This document shows, piece after piece, positions 12,309 through 24,485 of a DNA stretch of 64,000 nt. How positions within the stretch are numbered: position 1 is the stretch's first letter; every line of letters starts with the position of its first letter. The translations under genes were made by a program, and so were the position numbers. The notes under the pieces were generated by a model, which had not been told where the DNA came from, did no database searches, and worked only from the letters and a program-made list of their open reading frames with translations. This DNA comes from Octopus vulgaris (taxonomy: Eukaryota), in the NCBI GenBank assembly GCA_951406725.2, contig OX597823.1, positions 50,220,001 through 50,284,000 of the forward strand, in the 5' to 3' direction.

Positions 12309-12865
12309 ATACACACGCGCACACACATAGAGACATATACAGACATTCATATGTGCGTGCGTGTGTGTACTTATGTATATATGTATATGTATGTGGCTTT
12401 TACTAAAAAACAAAACAAAACAATAAACAATAAATAATATCGTAATCTTCGTAGATTCAAAAATGAATGTAAATATATGTAATATACGTAGATATCCTTT
12501 CCAAGATAGTAACTCTGGAAATCATTCTGAATGTTGATTGTTGGTTGAACAAAACATTTTATCTGATATTGGTAATTTGTCGCTGACCTATTTTCTCCAG
12601 TTTGCTAGCTTTAATTATATTGCTAACCTTGACTCAATGTAGATGACATTATCTAAGACACCAAAGGATGAAACAACGCAGCGATAATGGCAGAAAAACT
12701 ATTATCGAGGCTTTATCGTTCCGTGAGCGTGATTTATAGAGATTTTATTACACAAAGTGAATTACTGAACAAGTAGAATCATACATGTTATCAAGTGGAT
12801 AATTACGCTTCCAGCACACCGTGTATGCGATATGGTTTCGAATTTTATTGGTACTTCGATATTTT

Positions 12866-13546
12866 GGTACTACTTTAGGATGCGGTTTACAGTGGTATTC
12901 GCAGTCTATGCTGTAAAATGTCCTGATTCGGATTAGGGTCAGGGTTAGATTAGGGGTTAAGGTTGGGGCTTAGAGCTTAGGATTAGGGTGAGAGTTAAGA
13001 TTTAGAATAAGAGTAAGGGTTAGGTTAGGATAAGGGTTTGAGTTTAGGGTTAGGGATTACAGTTAGGGCTTTAGATAAGGATTAAAGTTGGGGGTTAAGG
13101 ATTAGAGGTTAGAGTTGGGTGGGGGCTAGGTAAGAGGTTAGGGTTTACGATTAAGATTAGGGTTAAGTTAGGGTTTAAGATGAATGTTAGAGTTTAGGGT
13201 TAGAGATTATGGTTAGGGTTAGGGTTTAAAACTAGGGTTAGAGTTAAGATTTAGTGTTAAGGTTAGGTAAGAGTTTAAGGTTAGGGTTATGGCTTAAGGT
13301 TAGGGTTTACGGTTAGAGTTATGTTAATTAAGGTTTAGAGTTAGAATTAAAGTTTAGCGTAAAGATTAGGGTTTAGCTTTAGGGTTAGGCCAAAATTTAA
13401 GGTTAGGGTTTACAGTTAGGGTTAATGTTAGGTTTGGGTTTAGGATTAAGGTTAGAGTTAGACTGCACCCCAAAGTGTAAATGGCCAGGTAGACCGTGCA
13501 CGTTAAAGTGTAAACGGTCAGGTAGACCGCATGTTAAAATGGCACC
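12866..13546. mobile_element. Merlin-type MITE carrying a ~530-bp degenerate (TTAGGG)n array
   Basis: Imperfect 25-bp TIRs (ggtactactttaggatgcggtttac and gtagaccgcatgttaaaatggcacc, 19/25 complementary); perfect 8-bp TSD gatatttt (12858-12865 and 13547-13554). Confidence 0.8.
12930..13462 (+). repeat. Degenerate interstitial telomere-like repeat (TTAGGG)n
   Basis: Hexamer periodicity with TTAGGG, TTAGAG and TTAAGG variants. Confidence 0.95.
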
Positions 13547-14114
13547 GATATTTTTCTTGGCTTCTAGCACTGATATTCTTGGAAAAGTATGAATGGCATG
13601 TTTCTTGTAATCTTTGTCTTCTGTTGCCGTAGTGAAGTAGTAATACGTAAATGGATATATCAGAACATGAAACGTCAAGCTATTGACTCTAATCAAGTGA
13701 TACGGATCTTTACATTATTCTCATGTATAAGTCTTATACATAATCGACAAACATAATCTACAGCTGGATTTCTAGGTAACTACGATCATCATCCTTGACA
13801 AATGTATTCATACAAAAAGGGGATTTTAGACTCAGAAAAATATTGCTATTGGTATGTTTTGCAAGAAGTGATTAGGGAAAATACTGTCAAACCTTGCGCT
13901 TTATAGACGCTTCAGTATTCATTATAAAAAAAAAATTGATGGTGCTCCAAGTAAAAATAAACAAAATATATACATATGTATATGTATGTGTGTGAGCGTG
14001 TGCGTGCGTGTGTATGTATGTAAGTATATGTATATGTATGTTTTCAATTATTTAAATTCTGCCTCTGAGGAAAGAACTGGTTTCTAACAAAAATACAACG
14101 CTTCAGTATTGGGG

Positions 14115-14358
14115 TACTATTTAAGAAGAGTGGTCCCGGTGTGCGCACTCGCGTACTCACGCATCCGCGCTAGCAAGTCATGACTAGTCGATCCTACAAC
14201 GACTACCTAGCAAAGTAAATAAAACACAAAATAAATAATTCTTTTACACAAAGTAAATTTTTTTTTTAAACAAAGTAAGGATCGACTAGTCACGACTAGC
14301 TAGCGCGGATGCGCGAGTACGCGACTGCACGCACTGGGACCACTCTTCTTAAATAGTA
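14115..14358. mobile_element. Foldback MITE with ~80-bp TIRs
   Basis: tactatttaagaagagtggtccc...ctagtcgatcct has an inverted counterpart aggatcgactag...gggaccactcttcttaaatagta around an AT-rich spacer. Confidence 0.85.
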
Positions 14359-14589
14359 TCTATTATTGGTATATAGATACCAAAAACAATGTCATATTTT
14401 AAACTTCAGGAAAGTCTTGCATATTTTTACTATTTCACATGCAGATTGTATTTGCAATGTGTGAGTTGGTTGATTTATTTTTCTGAAAACCTTAGTTTAT
14501 CCAGATTGTCACTTACGCATATATTCACTAACCCAAGTGCAACAATTATCATTGATGTAAATGTGAATTTGTAATCCATATATACAAGT

Positions 14590-15513
14590 TGAAGGTTTCG
14601 AAGCAGTTGTCCATAGTTATCTTCATTCTTACCCTAGCAACCCGTTTCCCCAGGTAGGTTGGCAGGAGCAGCCATTCTTCTGATCTTATTGGTGCAGTAG
14701 TGTTCTTCTCCGCCTTCTCTACAGCGGCAAATCTCACCTTCACTGTACCGTACTTCCCACCATGAGTGTAAGTGGAGGCACATGGCCTAGTGGTTAGAGC
14801 AGCGGACTCGCGATCGAGGGATCGCGGGTTCGAAAATCAGACCGGGTAATGTATGTATTTATGAGCGAAACACTTAAGCTCCACGCGGCTCCGGCAGAAG
14901 GTAATGGCGAACTTCTGCTGACTCTTTCGCCACAACTTTCTCTCACTCTTTCCGCCTGCATCTTGCAGCTCACCTGCGACGGACTGGCGTCCCGTCCAAG
15001 TGGGGAATCCTATACACCAAGGAAACCGGCCCTTATGAGCCAGGCGTGGCTAAAGAAGGACCAAAACAACCATTGGTTCGAGGCATTTATCAATGATCTC
15101 CTCCGAAGCCATATCAATCTTCTTTCGTAGTAAACATAAGGTCCTATACGTTACTGTTTTCTTTCTCACGTTTTTGGTTAACTTCTCCGGGAAGGGGTTC
15201 AACTTCACTTTCGACCCCTCCCTTTCTATATAATAATTACATTCACTTACGTTAATATTGAGGATCTTGATTGCACTCATTTCCATCTGTGGAACTGTCT
15301 TGTTCTGTTTGCCAACCATTGACGTGCACCTTCCCGCTCGTTCCCTTTCGTCGTCCATCTCCGGCGTCCCACTTTCCATCCTTAACGGGAGAAAACATAC
15401 AGGCCTGCCGAGCAAGCCGTGTGCTTCTGAAAAAACACAACAAACCAACAATAATAGTAACACCTTCTGTTACTCTACGTACCCGGCTAGAAGCTCAACA
15501 AACTAAACCACTC

Positions 15514-15520
<7 letters not shown>
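14590..15520 (-). mobile_element. 5' fragment (5'UTR plus ORF1) of a Tx1-type LINE, interrupted by a SINE C
   Basis: VKVRFAAVEKAEKNTTAPIRSEEWLLLPTYLGKRVARV aligns with IKIRFTTEENARQHSTNTLKTEEVVLLPTYMGRRTSKI in ORF1 of the LINE at 20590. Confidence 0.75.
14772..15060 (+). mobile_element. SINE family C, tail type 3
   Basis: tRNA-like head tggcctagtggttagagc...gggttcgaaa; later gactggcgtcccgtcc...ggaaaccggcccttatgagcc. Confidence 0.82.
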
Positions 15521-15544
<24 letters not shown>

Positions 15545-15650
15545 ACAGGACAATGTTCAGCACGGATATTTGATTACAATAAACTAATTATTTGTGCTGG
15601 TCGTTCTGCAAAAGCTGAACACTCATACGCAGTCTTCGACGGGAGAGTCC

Positions 15651-15746
<96 letters not shown>

Positions 15747-15944
15747 AGCAATTATGGGGATAAGCAAATTAGACACGTCAGATGTATTAAATATATTAAA
15801 TACATCAAATACAAAATATGTATAGATGCAAAACGAGAGAAAGCATATATATATATATATTTATGAACAGCTTCCGGTTTCCGCTTACTAAATTCTGTTC
15901 ATAAGCTATTTTATCTGTTATCATTTACTTCTTTCAGTCACTGG

Positions 15945-16268
15945 CTGGAGAGAAAATGCCTGACTGTGAAAGTCTTTGAAAATCGATGGAAGAATGTAGC
16001 ACGGATGTTGCGAGTGAATGTAACCTCATGAATGCTACGCAGGACGTATCTCAGGTATCAGTGGCGAGGCGGGGCTCATGGGGTCCGAATTGAACCCGCC
16101 TTCCCACTCCATCCGTAATGTCTTCCGGTCTGTCCTATCATTCGATTTATTTATATTTTTGTGAATTTTTAATGTCATCTTTACGTTATACCCATCCGTC
16201 CATCTGACCCCAATCAGATTGTATTGTCCCTTATCTATGTTGTCCCCTTGTGGGAAATAAAAAAATCA
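15945..16268 (+). mobile_element. 5'-truncated Tx1-type LINE copy (ORF2 end plus 3'UTR)
   Basis: Homologous to 24398-24718; perfect 18-bp TSD acttctttcagtcactgg (15927-15944 and 16269-16286) inside a SINE A tail. Confidence 0.9.
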
Positions 16269-16715
16269 ACTTCTTTCAGTCACTGGGGTGCGATCTTGCT
16301 GGGGTACTGCCTTTGAATGGGTTTCATCCAGTGGTTCTCGACTGGGATTCATGTGACCTTTCGGAATCCATAAAAGAGTTTCTTGTTAAAATTTATGTGC
16401 AATAAATTGCTTATATTTCTATAACACTCAAAATATTTTAAGTCTTTTTTGTACAGTTCCTAATAACGTTTAATTATAAAAATATAGCAGGATTTTTTTT
16501 TTTAATATACATCAAATAGATATGGAACAGGGGCCACCTGAGTAAAACAAGAATCAAATGGGTCCATGGATTGTGAACCACTGGTTTAGTCGAACAAATC
16601 AACCTCAGTAATCTTTTCTAAGTCTGGTACTTATTCTACCAGATTTCCTTTGCTGATGTAAACAAACCAATGCCGGTTGTCAAGCGGTTCGGGAGACAAA
16701 TACAAACGCACACAG

Positions 16716-16809
<94 letters not shown>

Positions 16810-16950
16810 TATGACGGGCTTCCACACAGTTTCCGCCTGCCAAATATACTCACGAGGCATTAGTAGAAGATATTTACTCAAGGTGCCGTGCAGTGAGACT
16901 GAACCCGAAAATATGTGATTGCAAAGCAAGATTCTGAACAACACAGCCTG
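16269..16950 (-). mobile_element. SINE family A interrupted by a hAT MITE and an expanded (TA)n(GA)n
   Basis: Reverse-complement tail, body and head segments of family A occur in order. Confidence 0.8.
16329..16583. mobile_element. hAT-type MITE inserted in a SINE A
   Basis: CAGTGGTTCTC...GTGAACCACTG ends; degraded 8-bp TSD gtttcatc/gtttagtc; internal similarity to 9400-9650. Confidence 0.82.
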
Positions 16951-17599
16951 CACTTGCGCACTAATACTTGCGCTTGGACTGCTGTCTATTAGTTGTAGAA
17001 GACCCATGGCGAAGTTCTCCATAGTAGGACTGAACCTGGAACGATGTGGTAGCGAAGCGAAATTTTTGACCTATGTGTGTATGTGTGCGCGGTGTGTGTA
17101 TTATCTATACGTGTGTGTGCATTGTCTGCGCGCGTGTGTGTGTGAAAACCCAATGATGAGGATTTTGTGCACTAGATTCAGGTACACACATGTGAATATT
17201 ATTTCCGTATGTTATCTTCCCATAAATGAACCAACAGGCAGATACGTAAGAAAAATTGATTATATTAGCAATCTTTACGAGGCAGTTAGAACGATAGTAA
17301 ACCATGATTTACCGCAGTATATAGGGAAGTTTAATGCGAAACTGGAATAGAGTTCGTAAGGGTTCGTACAGTAAATGAATTGCTAATTAGCTATACGTTT
17401 GCTGAACAATAAAATACACACACGCGCACGCAAGCACGCACACACACAACCATTTGACTCCTTCAGGCGGAAAACAGCGGAATCAAATACGCCTTATTGC
17501 AATTAGAAAACGATATATAGCCTCACCAAAAGACACAAAGATTAAGGCAGGAGCTGATGTTGGCAGCGGCCATCAACTCATATCTAAGTTAAACAAAAA

Positions 17600-18860
17600 A
17601 TGAGAACTAGAATCTCGTCTCCTAAGTTTAGTATTGAGAAAATGAAAACTGACAAAATTGCATAAGAAAAAAGCTTATTTGTCAGTGGAAAAACAAATTT
17701 GTTGTTTCTACAGACATTAATCGATGAAAACGGAAGCTGGATGATGTACTTCAGTTGTGGAATGCTATTCAAAAGACTCGACAAGAAGCAGTAAAAGTAG
17801 CACTTCAAAAGCGAGGGAAAAGCTTAAAAGAATGATAGTAACTTTCAAATGTAGAACTGTGAATAATTATGATCAATGTCTATCTATTTTAAGAACTGAA
17901 TATGCATGCTTTAATAGCGAAGTAAAACGATTCACAAGGCGTGATAAGAGGAAGTACTTGAATGACATTGCGGTTAAGAGTGAAGGTCAAAAAATTAGAT
18001 GCAGAAGGAAGAATATTAGATTATCTTTCCAGTCAAGTAAAGAAAGAACTTCATGTTAGAGACGCCAGAATATAATGTTCACTAAAGATAAAGACATTAA
18101 GAATAGATGGAGAGAGATTCATAAAATGAAGAATCTAGAAACTATTTCCTTAGCTGGACGGGAGTTGGATATTGAACCGGGTAAAATCACATTTATTGAG
18201 ATCGCGAAGGCAAAAAGCAGTTAAAGAATTATAAAATTCCGAGCGTAGACGGAATGTTAACCGCGATAGAAGAAGCTGACGGAATCATAACACCAACAGT
18301 GCTGTTCATAATACTATTTAACTACATCTAGAGAACTGGTGGAATCGCCACGGGATGAAAGAAAGGAATTATAATTAATATACTTAAAAAAAAAAAAGTA
18401 CTTACGTGAGCGTTTGAACTGGACATACAATTATTCTGTTATCTATAGTCATGAAGATTTTACAGAGAAATTTTAAGCGACCAAGTTTCAGAAGTAGAAG
18501 AAAATAAAAAACGAAATCTTCATAATAAGGAATATCTATTTCTTTACTACCCACATGGGGCTAAACACAGAGAGGACAAACAAGGACAGACAAACGGATT
18601 AAGTCGATTATATCGACCCCAGTGCGTAACTGGTACTTAATTTATCGACTCCGAAAGGATAAAAGGCAAAGTCGACCTTGGCGGAATTTGAACTCAGAAC
18701 GCAACGGCAGACGAAATACGACTACGCATTTCGCCCGGCGTGCTAACGTTTCTCCCAGCTCGCCGCCTTTTTTCATAATAAGGAATATTTTACAACAAGT
18801 AAATGAAATGAGGATGTCGTTAAGCTTAGATTTTACTAATTTCCGACAACCATTGCCAAT
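17600..18860 (+). mobile_element. Decayed RTE-type LINE ORF (EN-RT linker and RT N-terminus), interrupted by a SINE B
   Basis: RRDKRKYLNDIA, KIPSVDG, KKGIII..KK and IIRNILQQVNE..SLSLDFTNFRQ resemble RTE RT motifs; many stops. Confidence 0.65.
18536..18767 (-). mobile_element. SINE family B (young subfamily, Tx1-like tail)
   Basis: Full head to tail; flanked by 17-bp TSD ttcataataaggaatat (18519-18535 and 18772-18788). Confidence 0.92.
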
Positions 18861-18914
18861 GGTAATGAGAACACAAAGTTACATCATACTTATATAATAT
18901 CAAACATGCTTAAA

Positions 18915-19932
18915 GGAACCGTGTGTCAGTCCATGGTGGGTAAAAAACACGTTTACGGAGACGACTCCATTGGTTAAGAGTAATGTGCGTGGATAGATGA
19001 AGTTTAAAGATGAGAGAACCAGCTTTGAAGACAATCACAAAGTGGGAGGCCATCAGCCACGAACACAGATACGAATCGCCAACGAGTGGATGAACTGATT
19101 CACACATACAGACGAGTCACAATGTGTAAGCTACAATGTGGTTACAATGCATTAGAAAAAACATGCTGGAAGATTTTCGAGTATGGAAAATGTGTGAAAA
19201 GTGGGTACCTTGACTGTTGAGATCCGATTTAATAGAAAGATAGAAGTCAGTTCTGCTCTCTTGGAAACGTTTGAAGCCAATGGAGACTATTTTTTTCTTT
19301 TTTACGATCTGATGACTAGAGGGAGAACATGGCGAACCATTATGTTCTGCAAACGAAAGTTCAGTCCCAGGAATGGTTTCATCCCTCTTCTCCAGGGCCA
19401 AGGAGGTTCAAGAGCCAGCAATCTGCACAGGAAGTCTTGGTCACTGATTTTCTGGAACATAGCTGTACCGTGAGCAGAGAGCGGTATATTGAGACATTAG
19501 AGAAAGTTTAGGGAAGCAATTAGAAAGAAGAGACCCAACATGAATGTAAAGCCGATCCACATTCACCATAACAATGTGCAACCACACAAACGTTTGGCAG
19601 CAAATTAATCAACGAACAAACAGGGTTGGTCAATGATCCCAAACCTTCGAATTTTGCGTCCTCTGACTTCCACTTATTTTGTACAATGAAGGACAACGAT
19701 TTGCGATGCAGACGAGGTTAAAATGAGCACAACAGTGCATACCAAAATGTTTTCGAAGAGAACTAGAGAGTTATGTTCTGTGATGCTACAAATACGTCAC
19801 TTGAAATGGAGATTATGTTGAGTACTACAATTGAAGGAAGGAGAGTCGCTATAGCAACACGTACAATCTGAAAAACAGATTTTAACTAATTTAAAAGTAA
19901 TGCCTACATTTGCATTACTTTCGGTATAATCC
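18915..19932 (+). mobile_element. Decayed mariner transposase relic
   Basis: KWVP*LL (WVPHEL motif), QSQEWFHPSSPGPRRFKSQQSAQEVLVT, HHNNVQPH (HDNA), FASSDFHLF (DLAPSDFHLF); TIR-like end gcattacttttcgg. Confidence 0.85.
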
Positions 19933-20060
19933 TTACCAACCACATGGTTCAGGGTTCAGTCTCACTGCGTGGCACCTTGGGCAAGTGTCTTCTACTATAG
20001 CCTCGGGCCCACCAAAGCCTTGTGAGTGGATTTGGTAGACGGAAACTGAAAGAAGCCCGT

Positions 20061-20152
<92 letters not shown>

Positions 20153-20365
20153 TGTGTTTGTACTACCAACATCGCTTGACAACCGATGCTGGTGTGTTTA
20201 CGTCACATTCATTGAGATCGGTCTCTTTTGCGGTTCGGCAAAAGAGACCGATAGAATAAGTACTAGGCTTACAAAGAATAAGTCCTGGGGGGGCGATTTC
20301 CTCGACTAAAGGCGGTGCTCCAGCATGACCGCAGTCAATTACTGAAATAAGTAAAACAGTAAAGC
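19933..20365 (+). mobile_element. SINE family A (head slightly truncated) with internal (TA)n(TG)n
   Basis: Matches the family A consensus seen at 50914 and 54225. Confidence 0.9.
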
Positions 20366-20399
20366 AGTAAATAGGGAACATACATTCTTAAAGTAACTG

Positions 20400-20573
20400 G
20401 GTTTAAAAAAGGAGAGGCGAGGTATAAATGAGGCTGCTCGGAGGTGGGGCCGTGTAGCTTCATTCCATTTTTTTTTTCATTTTTTATACGTTTGTCCTAT
20501 TTTTTTCTTGTTGTGTGTCCCCACATGTTATGTATTGTCCCCTCTTTGTTCGTCCCTGGTGGGTAATCAAATC
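20400..20573 (+). mobile_element. 3'UTR fragment of a related Tx1-type LINE directly abutting the full-length copy
   Basis: aggtataa, a hairpin, a pyrimidine tract and tgtcccctctttgttcgtccctggtgggtaatcaaatc parallel the 3' end at 24508-24718. Confidence 0.65.
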
Positions 20574-20808
20574 ATTAGCTCACTCTCTCTCGAGTCTTGT
20601 GGATTGAATGCTTTTAGTATTGTTGGAACATCTGTAAATTGAGTTGTTTAAAAACTGTTGCTTTTAAAAGCAACTTGTTTTGGATTCCCCCCGCGAGGGG
20701 GAATTATTATTGGTGAACTGTTTATCTGCGGCTTAAAGCCAATTTTTGTGGGGCGTGAGCCCAAAATTTGTTTTGTTCTGCGTTGGCCGTTTTTTTCTTG
20801 AAGACACA

Positions 20809-22078
20809 ATGGAGTCGCCAAATAGCATCATTTTGGATATGCCAAGTGGTCCAATGTTCGAGTCAGCAATGATTCCAGTCAAAAACATTCGCCGGCGGTG
20901 TCGACGAAGAAATTAAACTTCGCAGCAGCTGCAGGCGAAAAGAAAAAAAGAATTGAATATAGATAAATGTGAGCTTACCAAGTTTAAATCTATGATGAAA
21001 AAGGAGGGGTCAGAAGTTCAGGTGGCGCATCCAACAGATTTATCAGAGACTACAAACCGGAAAATAATTATTTATAAAATGTTCCATGTATAAAAAAAAA
21101 GAAAAAAAGAAAATAGACAAAGTAACGGAAAAGGAAGTAGAGACGTGTCTGAGACCTATCTGGCTAGACATAACATACATCAAAAGAGCTAAACGATTTG
21201 CTACAATTAAAATAAGGTTCACCACGGAAGAAAATGCCAGGCAACACTCCACCAACACATTGAAAACTGAGGAGGTGGTTCTGCTTCCCACATACATGGG
21301 AAGAAGAACATCAAAAATTTGAATTTCAAATATCCTACAAGAAGTGGACGCTGCCTGGCTGGTGGCAACCACAACCGTAGACTTGAAGGATAAAATTACA
21401 ATCACGGTGAAAATTAACTGGCAGGGGCAAAGCTTAAAGATGTTGATATAAGCTGAGCCCCTTGCCTTAGAAGAAATTCCAGAAGTTGTGCATATCGGAG
21501 AGACAAGGTTTGTTGTTTTCGTAGAAGGTAGAAAGCCGAGGTGTTTCAAATGCGGCAAAAAGGGCCACATAAGGGCCGTGTGCGACCCTCCTTGAGAGTC
21601 ATCAGACGAGGAAGAAGAGGAGGAAGCAGCAACAACAACAGCAGCATCAACACCAGCAACAACTCAAGAAGGCCGTAGCAGCTACAATGAGGAGAAAGAG
21701 GAGGAGTGGTCTTCCATAAAAAGGAAAAATACACAGACTGTCCCTACAAAACCTTCCACCACTAAGAAAATGAAGGCTAATAAGCCAAAAGCAACAAGCT
21801 TGCACGATAACCTAATGGCCATTAAAGCCGCAAATTACAGACTTTTGAACCAGTAATTTCGACTGCCAAACGCATTGATAAAATTTCAACCAAAGACATT
21901 CATATATATGAAATTGACCGGAAAAATTACGGAAGAATTAAATTCGAATTCTTCCATGACATAGGCCCTCTGTGGAAGGATTACTCCCCGCAAATTTACG
22001 AGGGCCTATCTCGACGAACCCCACGAGCCCTCGAGAAAGAAAAAGAGGTGGTTTCTTCGCCTACCTCTCACCATTGAT
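20809..22078 (+). pseudogene. LINE ORF1 (gag-like, CCHC zinc knuckle), disrupted
   Basis: CFKCGKKGHIRAVC (CX2CX4HX4C) at 21542-21583; in-frame stops and frameshifts; ends approximate. Confidence 0.8.
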
Positions 22079-22094
22079 CAAAGGTAAGTCCTGA

Positions 22095-24485
22095 TGAGTA
22101 TTCATGTTGGCTGTTTACGGTCACGGGATTTAAATGTCGTTGTTGCTACTGAAACCTGGATAAAGGGGCCAAGAGACCTGTTCCCGCTCTTGGATGGTTA
22201 TGAGAAGTTCATTTCTCTGATCTAGAAGGTAGGCTGGTCATCATGGATTTGATGTTCAGTTGTGGTAAGACTATCAGACTGGTTGCAATATATGCACTCA
22301 ATTCAACTGGGCAAAGTGAGTATTTTCGTGACCTGGAAAAATTCCTGGGTACGTCACATTCACTAGTTTTATAGGAGACTAGACTATAACACAATCTGTG
22401 ATGCGCGCGTGGATTATGCTGGCTCATACACAGATAGGAATCTAAGTCGCTTTCAGCTAGCAGATCCATATAGACTGGAATTTCCGAACGCTCCATTCAT
22501 GACGACCAGCCTACCTTCTAGATCAGAAAAAAATTAACTGGAAATTAACTGGCGAGTGTTTATACAAACTAGCAGCAGAATGGGTGTATTCCCAGATCTG
22601 TGCGCCGGGAAGTAGTGACGTTGGTCAGAAAGGACCCGGACAAGAAGGGATTCCATTGATAATTTTAGGCCTATCACTCAGCTAAACACAGAGCTGAATA
22701 TTTTGGCCAAGGTGTTAGCGAAAAGGTTGGTGCGTGTCGCGGATGGTTTGGTCGGGGAGGGACAGACTTTTGCCATCCCCGGCAGAACCATTCAGGATAA
22801 TCTCCACCTTCTACGCTACACCTTAGAGGATTTAATAGTAAACCTGGGAAGGGTGGAGCACTGGTCCATTTAGATCAAGCAAAAGCTTTCGATAAGTTTG
22901 AACATCGTTACCTGGTGATGGTTCTCGCGCAGTTCGGCCTGGGTCTTGGCTTCCTTTGGTGGATCATATCAATATATGACAACATCGACTCGATCGTTCG
23001 GGTGAACCGTTTTCTGTCAAAGCCGTTCTGTATCAAACGCTCAGTTCGCCAAGGGTGTCCACTCAACCCGCTTTTGTATGTACTGGCTCTTGAGCCATTG
23101 CTGCGAAAGTTGAGTGGCATCTCGTGGGAGCTAGGTTGTGGAAAGTCGGTTTCAGCATACGCGGACGACATCACCATCATCGTGACCGAAATGGAACACC
23201 TACAGAAGGTAGGCAAGGCCATTAAGGATTACGAGACGGTGGCAGGAGCAAAGATTAATAGTGAAAAATCAGTCGGCACCTGGAGAGGTAAGTCGATGCC
23301 TCCTGAAAATGTCGTGGGACGTTGGACGGAGGATCCAATTAAGTTGTTAGGGGTCTGGTTTGGTCCGGACCTCCAAATAGAGAAGAATTGGGCTGAGGTA
23401 TCGAGCAGGGTCACCCACGTAGTCAAGGCCTGGTCTTGGCGGTGGCCATCCCTAAAAGGGAGGGCGGAGGTGGCCAATGTGTTTATCGCATCGGTCATCA
23501 CTTACCGCCTAACCATCGTTCCTTGCGCTGATTCATGGTTAATCAAGCTGGAAAGACAGCTTTTCCACTTCTTGTGGAGGGGCTCGAAACCGCTTGTGAA
23601 ACGCTCTATTTACTGCCAAGAACCGTTAAAGGGTGGACTAAGGATGCCTAAGCTGTTGATGCGCAGACATGCACTGAGAGTGAGGCATCTGTGACTCCAC
23701 CTGAATGGTGAACGGGTGTGGTCTCCGCTAGCGAAACAGATGCTTCCCAAGTTCACTAGTTTCGGTGGACGGCAAACCTAGTTCTATCGTAAATCGAAGT
23801 TGGTACGTGGTTTACGGAGTGCCGTAAGGCTCTCCTATTCTGTCGCTCGGGTAATGCCAGCGGTGGTAGTTCAACCGCATCTTTCTATAAAGGGTTGGTA
23901 GAGTCGGAATGTGACAGTACCTTAGTCGAAACCCTAGGTCTCGATAATGATCAGCTGGCCAGTGTGTGTCAATATACCGAAGACCCTGGATAACTTTCAG
24001 AAGTCTCTGGCTTGGCAGTGTTATCGAGGAGCTTTGCCCGTTCGAGATAAGCTCTCAAGACATGGTTGCCCCGGCCCATCGACCTGTCAAAGATGCGGGC
24101 AGGATAGGGAAACCGTCCTGCATGCTATTGTTCAGTGCTCGGAGGTGTCGGACGTGTGGGCTTATGCTGAACAACTGTTACCGAGTACAAGAAGAGTACA
24201 GCTGTCGTCTGAATCAATTCTAAAAATTGACCCATCTGCTTCCTTATCGAAAAAAGGTAAGAATTGTTTTCTCGTAGTAGTAGCAATTGCGAAAGAGGTG
24301 ATATGAAAGATTAGAGTAAAAAGACTGAAGAGAGGTGGCTTAATCTGTGGCCTTGCACTGGTGAATTTCTTCACTTTTCACCTGAAAAGAAAAATAGGGC
24401 TGGAGAGAAGATGCCTGTCGGCGAAAATTTTCACTAGTCGATGGATGAATATAGCACGGATGTTGCGAATGAATGTAACCACATG
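22095..24485 (+). pseudogene. LINE ORF2 (APE endonuclease, reverse transcriptase, zf-RVT), disrupted
   Basis: MSIHVGCL, VVATET, DLEGRLVIMD, IRLVAIYA (APE); NFRPITQLNTELNILAKVLAKRL, LDQAKAFD, SVRQGCPLNPLLY, YADD (RT; ORF 22915-23694); CQRCGQDRETVLHAIVQC (zf-RVT; ORF 23947-24306). Confidence 0.92.

Noticed and set aside
12930-13462. A true telomere or chromosome-fusion scar
   Set aside because: The array is degenerate, single-orientation and internal, and is bounded by TIRs and a TSD.
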